Positions 1 to 6,141 of a stretch of DNA of 17,167 bases are shown here, one piece after another. How positions within the stretch are numbered: position 1 is the stretch's first letter; each line of letters begins with the position of its first letter. The stretch comes from Nanobdellota archaeon (lineage in GTDB: Archaea > Nanobdellota > Nanobdellia > Woesearchaeales > JAHWHD01), in the NCBI GenBank assembly GCA_034722435.1, contig JAYENX010000013.1, positions 1-17,167 on the forward strand. Direction: 5' to 3'. A program made the translations under genes and the position numbers. Under the pieces are notes generated by a model. The model had not been told where the DNA came from, did no database searches, and was given only the letters and a program-made list of their open reading frames with translations.

Positions 1-1
1 T

Positions 2-2299
2 ATGTTAGTTGATGGTCAGGGTAATTTTGGTTCAATTGATGGGGATTCACCTGCTGCAATGAGATATACTGAGGCCAGGTTAGCAAAAACTGCAGAAGAA
101 CTTCTTGATGATATTAAAAAAGAAACTGTAGATTTCATTCCTAATTTTGATGCTTCATTAAACGAACCTTCAGTTTTACCGGGGAAATTACCTAACCTTT
201 TGATAAACGGTTCTTCAGGTATTGCTGTTGGAATGGCAACAAATATCCCTCCTCACAATCTTCACGAAGTTATTGATGGCGCTATTTGTTTAATCGAAAA
301 CCCTGAATGTACAATTCCTGATTTAATGGCTCATATTAAAGGTCCCGATTTTCCTACTGGTGGCATTATAACTGGTAGAACGGGTATATTGAGCGCTTAT
401 TCAACTGGTCGCGGTAAAGTTATAGTTAAGGCAAAGGCCGAAATTGAAGAATATAATAAAAAGCAAAGAATAATTATTACAGAAATTCCTTATATGGTTA
501 ATAAATCTGTTCTTATTAAACAGATTGCAGATTTGGTTAGAAACAAAAAGATTGTAGGAATTTCCGATATACGTGACGAATCCGATAGGGAAGGTATGAG
601 GATAGTAATAGAACTTAGACAATCTGCAAATTCTGATATAATCTTAAACCAGTTATATAAACATTCAAGACTCCGAACAAGCTTTGGAATAATCATGCTG
701 TCCTTAGTTGATAGAACTCCTCATGTTCTTAACTTAAAACAGATGCTTGAGTATTATGTTAAACATAGACAAGAGGTTGTTAGACGAAGAACTCAGTTTG
801 ATTTGACTAAAGCTGAAAAACGTCAGCACATTATTGAAGGTTTAATAATTGCTCTTAACAATATTGATCCTGCTATTAAAATGATTAAAGAATCTTCTTC
901 TGTTAGTCAGGCAAAGGATTCATTAATGTCTTCTTTTAGTTTAACGGTTGTTCAGGCTCAAGCAATTTTAGATATGAAACTTCAGAAACTTACTAGTCTT
1001 GAACAAGATAAAATTCGAGATGAACATAAAGAACTAGAAAAATGGATTGAAGAGTTAAAATCTATCTTGGAATCTGAACCTAAAATTCTAGATATTATAA
1101 AATCTGAACTCGTAACTCTTAAAGATAAATTTGGTGATACACGAAGAACTCAAATAATTGATGGCGGAGATGAAAGTATTGAAATTGAAGACCTGATTGA
1201 GGAGGAGGAAATGGTTGTAACCATTACTCATTCCGGGTACATTAAAAGGGTCCACCTTAGCGAGTATAAACAACAAAAACGTGGCGGGAAAGGAATTATA
1301 GCTACTTCAACTAGGGAAGAAGATTTTGTAGAACTTCTCTTTACAGCATCTACTCATTCGTATATGCTTTTCTTTACAAATCTTGGGAAAATTTATTGGC
1401 TTAAAGTTTATAATGTTCCTCTCGGTAGACGTTCAGCATTAGGTAAAGCTATAGTCAATCTCTTAAACTTATCAAAAGATGAAAAAATATCAGCGGTTAT
1501 ACCTGTTCGAAATTTCGAGCCAGGCAAGTATCTTATGATTGCAACTAAGAAAGGTATTGTCAAGAAAACTCCTCTCGAAGAATATTCTCGACCTAGAAAG
1601 GGAGGGATTATTGCAATCACTCTCGACCCTGGAAACTCCTTGATTAATGTAATTCTCACTTCGGGAGATGATCAAATAATTCTAGCAACTGAAAACGGAA
1701 TGGCTGTTCGTTTTTCAGAGAAAGGTATTAGATCTATTGGTAGGAGCGGTAAAGGTGTAAGGGGAATTTCTTTGAAAACTGGCGACGCTGTAGTTGGAAT
1801 GGTAAAAGCAGAAGACAATCAAAATCTTTTAACTATTACAGAGAACGGGTATGGTAAACGTACTCGCGTTACTGATTATAGACTCATCTCTAGAGGTGGT
1901 GTAGGGGTAAGAAACATAATTTGTTCAGAACGTAATGGTAAGGTTGTAACTATACGTTCTGTGAAAGATTCTGTAGAGGTTATGTTCATTTCCCAGAATG
2001 GAATTGTAATTCGAATTCCTGCTAAAGGTATCTCCATTATTGGGAGAAATACTCAGGGCTTAAGATTAATGCGTCTTAATCCAGGGGATAAAGTTGTTGC
2101 AGCTGCCAAGATTATTGATAATGGAACTGATGATGCTGATGACACTGATGATTTGAATTCTGAAAGTGTAACCGAAGAAAATACTGCTAGTAATAATACT
2201 GAAGAAAATACTGTTATTGATAATACTGATGACAATGGTGGTGAGGAAGTATTGGAGAATGAAGAATCTGAAAATGAAAAGTCTAACGATAACATATGA
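2..2299 (+). CDS. gyrA: DNA gyrase subunit A (5'-truncated by window edge)
   Basis: Catalytic PAAMRYTE (Tyr codon 65-67), LPNLLINGSSGIAVGMATNIPPHN, IRDESDREG, GyrA box QKRGGKG (1274-1294), repeated beta-pinwheel blades (RGGKG, KGGII, RSGKGVRGI, RGGVGVRNI, RNTQGLRLM), acidic C-terminal tail. The GyrA box argues for GyrA rather than ParC. Confidence 0.97.
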   Translation: MLVDGQGNFGSIDGDSPAAMRYTEARLAKTAEELLDDIKKETVDFIPNFDASLNEPSVLPGKLPNLLINGSSGIAVGMATNIPPHNLHEVIDGAICLIENPECTIPDLMAHIKGPDFPTGGIITGRTGILSAYSTGRGKVIVKAKAEIEEYNKKQRIIITEIPYMVNKSVLIKQIADLVRNKKIVGISDIRDESDREGMRIVIELRQSANSDIILNQLYKHSRLRTSFGIIMLSLVDRTPHVLNLKQMLEYYVKHRQEVVRRRTQFDLTKAEKRQHIIEGLIIALNNIDPAIKMIKESSSVSQAKDSLMSSFSLTVVQAQAILDMKLQKLTSLEQDKIRDEHKELEKWIEELKSILESEPKILDIIKSELVTLKDKFGDTRRTQIIDGGDESIEIEDLIEEEEMVVTITHSGYIKRVHLSEYKQQKRGGKGIIATSTREEDFVELLFTASTHSYMLFFTNLGKIYWLKVYNVPLGRRSALGKAIVNLLNLSKDEKISAVIPVRNFEPGKYLMIATKKGIVKKTPLEEYSRPRKGGIIAITLDPGNSLINVILTSGDDQIILATENGMAVRFSEKGIRSIGRSGKGVRGISLKTGDAVVGMVKAEDNQNLLTITENGYGKRTRVTDYRLISRGGVGVRNIICSERNGKVVTIRSVKDSVEVMFISQNGIVIRIPAKGISIIGRNTQGLRLMRLNPGDKVVAAAKIIDNGTDDADDTDDLNSESVTEENTASNNTEENTVIDNTDDNGGEEVLENEESENEKSNDNI

Positions 2300-3383
2300 A
2301 GGTCTTGAAGATTCTTGTTCAAAGGAGATTAAAGAACTTTTGAACATTTCTTCTGAAATTAGAGATTCAGTTGCGATAACTGATGTTAAATCTGAAAAAG
2401 ATATTTGTCTTTTAACTTATAAACTTCAATCTGCAAGAAAAGTTTTACAATTGTTGGATTCATTTGAATTTAAAGAAATTTCTGAAATAGAAAAATCAAT
2501 TTCTAAGATTGACCTGACTCCGTTTTTAAAAGATAAAATTTCTTTTGTTGTTAGATGTCTCAGGTTTGGAGATCACGATTTCCAAGCTGGCGATGTTGAA
2601 CGTAGTATTGGTTCAGTCATTTTTGAAAAATATAAAAACAAAGTCGACCTTGAAAATCCTGACTATATTTTCTATATCTATATTCATTCTAATTCGGTAT
2701 TTTTCGGTATAGATTATGCTGGTATAGACCTTAGTAAACGAGAATATAAAATATTTAGTCACCCTTCCGCTTTAAGAGGTCCTGTAGCTTTTTTATTGCT
2801 AAAACTTGTAGGATATGATAAAACAAAACTTCTTCTAGACCCATTCTGCGGTTCTGGAACCATACCTATAGAGGCCGCTCTTCACTCATCTGGATTATCT
2901 CATAATTTTTATAGTAAAAAGAAGTTAGCTTTCACTAAATTTATTGATTTTGACTTTGAATCTGTAGATGTGAACATAGACAAAAAATCTAAACTAACTG
3001 TTCAAGGCTTTGATCATAATCTACAATCTGTTTCTGCATCTAATAAAAATGCGAAGATTGCGGGTATAGATAAAATCATTAATTTTTCAAGAGTGGATAT
3101 AGAATGGCTTGATACTAAATATGAGAAAGAATCAGTTGACCTTATTGTAACAAACCCTCCTATGATTTCTAAGATACATCCTTCTGCGATGATTGAAAAA
3201 ATTTACAAAGAGCTATTTTACCAGCTTGAGTTTGTAATGAAAAAATCAGGAGTTATTTTATTTGTTTCAAGAAAAACAGATCTTCTTAAGAAACAAGCCG
3301 CTATTAAAGATTTCAAAATTAAAAAAGAATTAGCTATATTAATTGGTAAAGAAACTTTCAGGGTGCTAATTCTCTCAAAATAA
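2274..3383 (+). CDS. THUMP-domain RNA m2G methyltransferase, Trm14-like (tRNA G6 N2-methyltransferase)
   Basis: THUMP segment (SFVVRCLRFGDHDF...KVDLENPD), Trm14/RlmL-like LSKREYKIFSHPSAL, SAM motif LDPFCGSGTIPIEAA, NPP motif. Start placed at ATG 2274 (MKSLTITYEGLED) rather than 2217 of the ORF track, leaving a 26-nt overlap with gyrA. Confidence 0.8.
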   Translation: MKSLTITYEGLEDSCSKEIKELLNISSEIRDSVAITDVKSEKDICLLTYKLQSARKVLQLLDSFEFKEISEIEKSISKIDLTPFLKDKISFVVRCLRFGDHDFQAGDVERSIGSVIFEKYKNKVDLENPDYIFYIYIHSNSVFFGIDYAGIDLSKREYKIFSHPSALRGPVAFLLLKLVGYDKTKLLLDPFCGSGTIPIEAALHSSGLSHNFYSKKKLAFTKFIDFDFESVDVNIDKKSKLTVQGFDHNLQSVSASNKNAKIAGIDKIINFSRVDIEWLDTKYEKESVDLIVTNPPMISKIHPSAMIEKIYKELFYQLEFVMKKSGVILFVSRKTDLLKKQAAIKDFKIKKELAILIGKETFRVLILSK

Positions 3384-3385
3384 GA

Positions 3386-3401
3386 CGAAAAGCTTTATAA
3401 A
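3386..3401 (+). promoter_or_regulatory. Archaeal BRE/TATA promoter of the RNase P RNA gene
   Basis: CGAAAAG-C-TTTATAAA. The first T of the TATA box (3394) is 31 nt upstream of the P1 5' end. Confidence 0.75.
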
Positions 3402-3424
3402 CAACTTAAAACACATTATTCTTG

Positions 3425-3747
3425 GTAGGAAGGTGGTTAACTACGGAAATGTTATCTTGTGCTTAGATGTATTGGATGGCTGTCTGAGGAAAGTCCACCC
3501 ACTGTTAAACGCCACTCTTAGGAGCTCTGGAAACAGAGGGCAATGGCACAGAAAAGATACTGCCTTTAGATAATGGGAAGATGCTGAGAAGTTCCTGGTG
3601 ACAGGTTACAAGAACAGTTGACGTCTCTAAAGGTTAGTTGAAACTGCTTAATCCTGGCGAGTGCAACTTCAGTTTGGAGGCTCAGTAGAATGTTAACAAG
3701 GACCGTCCGTAAGGGGTCCTACAGAAGGTGGCTTATAACCTTCCTAC
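3425..3747 (+). ncRNA. rnpB: Archaeal RNase P RNA
   Basis: P1 GTAGGAAGGT (3425-3434) pairs with ACCTTCCTAC (3738-3747). CR-I GAGGAAAGTCC (3486-3496), CR-V ACAGAAGGTGGCTTA (3721-3735) with complementary CCACC/GGTGG for P4, P9 CTCTG-GAAA-CAGAG, ACAGAAA and TGAAAC conserved regions, P7 CGCCA/TGGCG, long P12, P19 AGGACC/GGTCCT. Followed by a T-run (3749-3753). Confidence 0.97.
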
Positions 3748-3760
3748 ATTTTTCATTTAG

Positions 3761-3772
3761 TAAATTATATAA
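3761..3772 (+). promoter_or_regulatory. Probable TATA box for the secG-nac pair
   Basis: TAAA-TTATATAA about 35 nt upstream of ATG 3800, in an AT-rich gap, so the match is not very specific. Confidence 0.45.
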
Positions 3773-3799
3773 ATTAAATCAAACTTTATACTAATTAAA

Positions 3800-3973
3800 A
3801 TGGCTAAAGATAAAATTTCAATGCCGTCATCGACGGCCGGTATCACTAGATACTTTGACGACTATCATAGCAAAATTAGCTTCAGACCAGAATATATTAT
3901 AGTTTTAGTTGTTATTGTTGTTACAATCGTAATTCTACTTAACAAGTACGGCGCAATCTGGTTCGGATTATAG
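3800..3973 (+). CDS. secG: Preprotein translocase subunit Sec61beta / SecG (57 aa, not in ORF track)
   Basis: Manual translation MAKDKISMPSSTAGITRYFDDYHSKISFRPEYIIVLVVIVVTIVILLNKYGAIWFGL. It has the archaeal Sec61beta signature AG(I/L)xRYFD followed by PExII and a single C-terminal TM helix. Confidence 0.9.
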   Translation: MAKDKISMPSSTAGITRYFDDYHSKISFRPEYIIVLVVIVVTIVILLNKYGAIWFGL

Positions 3974-3982
3974 GTGATAAAT

Positions 3983-4324
3983 TTGTTTCCTGGAATGAAT
4001 CCTAAAAAAATGCAACAAATGATGAAGAAAATGGGTATGCAACAGATTGACATACCTGCTGTAGAGGTTATCATCAAGACTGCAGATAAAGAACTTGTTA
4101 TTACTGAACCACAAGTTAGCAAAGTTAACATGATGGGTAAAGATACTTACCAAATTGTTGGTGCTGTTCATGAACGAGCAAGAACATCTGAACAGGTAGA
4201 AATTAACGACGAAGACATTAAAACAGTTGCAGAACAAGCTAATGTTTCTGAAGAAGTTGCTAAAAAGGCTATTGAAGGCGCTAAAGGTGATTTAGCTGAA
4301 GCAATACTAAATTTAACTGCTTAA
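3983..4324 (+). CDS. nac: Nascent polypeptide-associated complex protein (archaeal NAC)
   Basis: MNPKKMQQMMKKMGM, NAC beta-barrel region (EVIIKT...VSKVNMMGKDTYQIVG), C-terminal UBA (DIKTVAEQANVSEEVAKKAIEGAKGDLAEAILNL). TTG 3983 is preferred as start because Shine-Dalgarno AGGTGAT (3972-3978) lies just upstream; the ORF track uses GTG 3974. Confidence 0.93.
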   Translation: MFPGMNPKKMQQMMKKMGMQQIDIPAVEVIIKTADKELVITEPQVSKVNMMGKDTYQIVGAVHERARTSEQVEINDEDIKTVAEQANVSEEVAKKAIEGAKGDLAEAILNLTA

Positions 4325-4388
4325 AACACTAACAGAACATAAATAAAACACAAACTATATATATTTATAAACCTTAACAATATAAACC

Positions 4389-4874
4389 ATGGAGAAATAT
4401 CAGGAGGCAAGAGAGGCAGCTAAAAAATATATTAAAACTGCCGACCACATGATTTCTGTCACATATCTGCTTGTAAAAGATCCCAAGTTGTTGGTTGCCG
4501 TGATGGATAACGTGTTCCTTGCACTTACAAACTCTGTTGGAGCTATATTACTTCACGATAGACTTTTTAAAAAAATCCCTCCTTTCCATAATACTTTCGA
4601 ATCAAAGTATCGTATGTTTAGGGAAAAGTCTGCAGAGATTCATAACATTGATAAAACTTACTTGACATTCATATTAGACATTAAAGATACTATCTTACAA
4701 CACAAGAAAAGTCCTATAGAATTTTCGCGAAAAGATAGTTTTGTTATATGTTCAAAAGATTATAAATTAAAAACTTTAACTGTACCTGATATCAAAGGTT
4801 ACATAGTAAAAACAAAAACTTTTGTTGACCGGATGGTCAAGATAGTGAGCAAATACGATGGAATATTTAAATGA
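4389..4874 (+). CDS. Hypothetical protein, HEPN-like helical pattern (paralog A)
   Basis: Intact 161-aa ORF with TATATATA (4356-4363) about 33 nt upstream. It aligns without gaps to the downstream ORF. The fold call is inference from the helical pattern only. Confidence 0.6.
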   Translation: MEKYQEAREAAKKYIKTADHMISVTYLLVKDPKLLVAVMDNVFLALTNSVGAILLHDRLFKKIPPFHNTFESKYRMFREKSAEIHNIDKTYLTFILDIKDTILQHKKSPIEFSRKDSFVICSKDYKLKTLTVPDIKGYIVKTKTFVDRMVKIVSKYDGIFK

Positions 4875-5328
4875 TTCAAAAGAAGAACTGAAACGCGTAG
4901 ATCATCTTATTTACGTTAGTTTGAAATATACTAGGACTGTCGACGTAATTAGAAGTATTATTGATAGATTGATAAACGCGGCAGATTTTTTGGTTGACCA
5001 AATTCTATATACTGCAAAACAAGAAAAAAAGATTTCTGAACTTCCTAAATTACCTGGCATCAAGTGCGATAAAGTCAAAAGTTTGTATAAAGACGATAAA
5101 AAACTTGTTGGATATATTGATTATTACTTAAAACTTAGAAAGATTATGCGACTCGATTTCATTCGAAGTACTGAATATAGAAGACATGTTTATATGGGTG
5201 TAACTCTTAACGGTGAAGAGTTAAGAATTAACATTGATTTAATGGTTGAATATAATGAAATATCTAAAGATTTTTTTGAATATGTGAAAGAGATGGTCTC
5301 TGATAAATCTGAAGAATCTGACGATTAA
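4858..5328 (+). CDS. Hypothetical protein, HEPN-like helical pattern (paralog B)
   Basis: Intact 156-aa ORF overlapping paralog A by 17 nt. It shares the K-x3-K-x2-DH-x-I-x-V pattern and the C-terminal Y-x4-K-x-F-x7-VS pattern with A. Confidence 0.6.
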   Translation: MEYLNDSKEELKRVDHLIYVSLKYTRTVDVIRSIIDRLINAADFLVDQILYTAKQEKKISELPKLPGIKCDKVKSLYKDDKKLVGYIDYYLKLRKIMRLDFIRSTEYRRHVYMGVTLNGEELRINIDLMVEYNEISKDFFEYVKEMVSDKSEESDD

Positions 5329-5342
5329 AAAAAGGTTTTTTT

Positions 5343-5843
5343 ATGGCAAAGATTGACAAAAAGCTAAGGGCTAAAGGCTGGTCTGATCACGAGATAAATA
5401 AAGTTCATTCTATAATTAATACTAAAGGTGCTAAACACATAGAATTTGGTAAAGGACTTAACCGTATACTTTTCATGACTGCTCTTATTGTTATGACTTT
5501 ATGCATAATCGCAGTTTCTTTATTTTTAATACCTTTTTTGATTGTTATTAGTAATTATTTTATATATTTTATAATTGCGGCTTTAGGTATAAGTTTTGGT
5601 TTACTGTTTAATTTCATTATTCAAGATATAGAACATCTTGAGAGGAAGCATCATTGGTTTGCAGCTATTTACATGCCTGCTATATCCATTTTTGCATTAA
5701 CTGTCTCAGTCCATGCTGCTAATCGTGTTGAAGAACTTTTAGGGTATTCTCTTCGTCATAACCCTTGGACTGTTGGCGCAATATTTATCATAGTATTTAT
5801 GATGCCTTACATTATATCTTCAATAAAGAAGAAATCTTTATAA
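5343..5843 (+). CDS. Hypothetical membrane protein (about 4 TM helices)
   Basis: 166-aa ORF with a soluble N-terminus (LRAKGWSDHEI) followed by about four hydrophobic segments. It starts 14 nt after paralog B, so it is probably in the same transcript. Confidence 0.7.
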   Translation: MAKIDKKLRAKGWSDHEINKVHSIINTKGAKHIEFGKGLNRILFMTALIVMTLCIIAVSLFLIPFLIVISNYFIYFIIAALGISFGLLFNFIIQDIEHLERKHHWFAAIYMPAISIFALTVSVHAANRVEELLGYSLRHNPWTVGAIFIIVFMMPYIISSIKKKSL

Positions 5844-5844
5844 A
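5829..5844 (+). promoter_or_regulatory. BRE/TATA promoter of tRNA-His
   Basis: AAGAAATC-TTTATAAA (TATA 5837-5844, overlapping the upstream stop codon), 33 nt upstream of G-1. Confidence 0.65.
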
Positions 5845-5869
5845 AACCAGATTTTTCTAATCTTGTTAT

Positions 5870-5979
5870 GGCGGTCGTGGTGTAGCCTGGTAGCACTGGA
5901 GACTGTGGATCTCCCAGCCCGGGTTCAAATCACTGATGCTTTAAATATTAGCATCGGTCTGAAAGTCCCGGCGACCGCC
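5870..5979 (+). tRNA. tRNA-His(GUG) with encoded G-1 and a T-loop intron; CCA not encoded
   Basis: Acceptor GCGGTCG (5871-5877)/CGACCGC (5972-5978), G-1 (5870) opposite C73 (5979), D stem GTGT/GCAC, anticodon arm GGAGA-CTGTGGA-TCTCC, T stem CCGGG (5919-5923)/CCCGG (5967-5971) interrupted by a 36-nt insertion. Confidence 0.96.
5930..5965 (+). other. tRNA intron at position 59/60 with bulge-helix-bulge-like splice motif
   Basis: Central 4-bp helix TTCA (5924-5927)/TGAA (5960-5963), 3-nt bulges AAT (5928-5930) and AGT (5964-5966), intron hairpin ACTGATGCT/AGCATCGGT. Cleavage after the second bulge nucleotide restores T-loop TTCAAAT. Confidence 0.88.
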
Positions 5980-5993
5980 CTTTTAACTATAAC

Positions 5994-6008
5994 AAAAACC
6001 TTTAAATA
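5994..6008 (+). promoter_or_regulatory. BRE/TATA promoter of the rps13 operon
   Basis: AAAAACC-TTTAAATA. The same spacing as the RNase P promoter predicts a start near 6031. Confidence 0.65.
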
Positions 6009-6030
6009 CTACCTATCAACTTCAACCAAT

Positions 6031-6141
6031 ATCAAGTCTGGAGCATTCAATAAGTCTCCTGGTCTTAACAATAGATTAAGGCCGTAAGTCAAAGCTTATG
6101 ACATTATAGCTGTTCTATAATGTTTTTGAAAATTGTTAAAA
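6031..6141 (+). promoter_or_regulatory. Structured 5' leader (four adjacent hairpins) upstream of rps13
   Basis: Stems GGAG/CTCC (6040-6059), GGTCTTAA/TTAAGGCC (6061-6083), GTAAG/CTTAT (6084-6099) and perfect 9-bp ACATTATAG/CTATAATGT (6101-6123), followed by a T-run. Function is inferred. Confidence 0.55.

Noticed and set aside
2217-2273. Longer N-terminus of the THUMP gene from the ORF track
   Set aside because: It would overlap gyrA by 83 nt, and family-like sequence begins at MKSLTITYEGLED (2274).
401-2347. Antisense ORFs within gyrA, and similar ones within rps4, rps11, rpl18e, leuS, MFS and PSH
   Set aside because: They lie opposite well-supported genes, have no recognisable motifs, and their Ser/Phe-rich composition mirrors the sense-strand codon bias.
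3974-3982. GTG start for nac
   Set aside because: The GTG is part of a Shine-Dalgarno (AGGTGAT) correctly spaced for TTG 3983.
5931-5965. Box C-like TGATGC and box D CTGA inside the tRNA intron (possible intron-encoded C/D guide)
   Set aside because: 36 nt leaves no guide region, the box C match is imperfect and is sequestered in the intron stem, and CTGA is explained by the BHB pairing with TTCA.
5863-6087. 74-aa ORF in the supplied track
   Set aside because: It runs through tRNA-His, its intron and the rps13 promoter, so it is a shadow ORF.
6031-6130. rps13 leader as a degenerate tRNA (tRNA genes often precede this operon)
   Set aside because: There is no closing acceptor stem, no TTC T-loop, no GG D-loop and no 7-nt anticodon loop in the right geometry.
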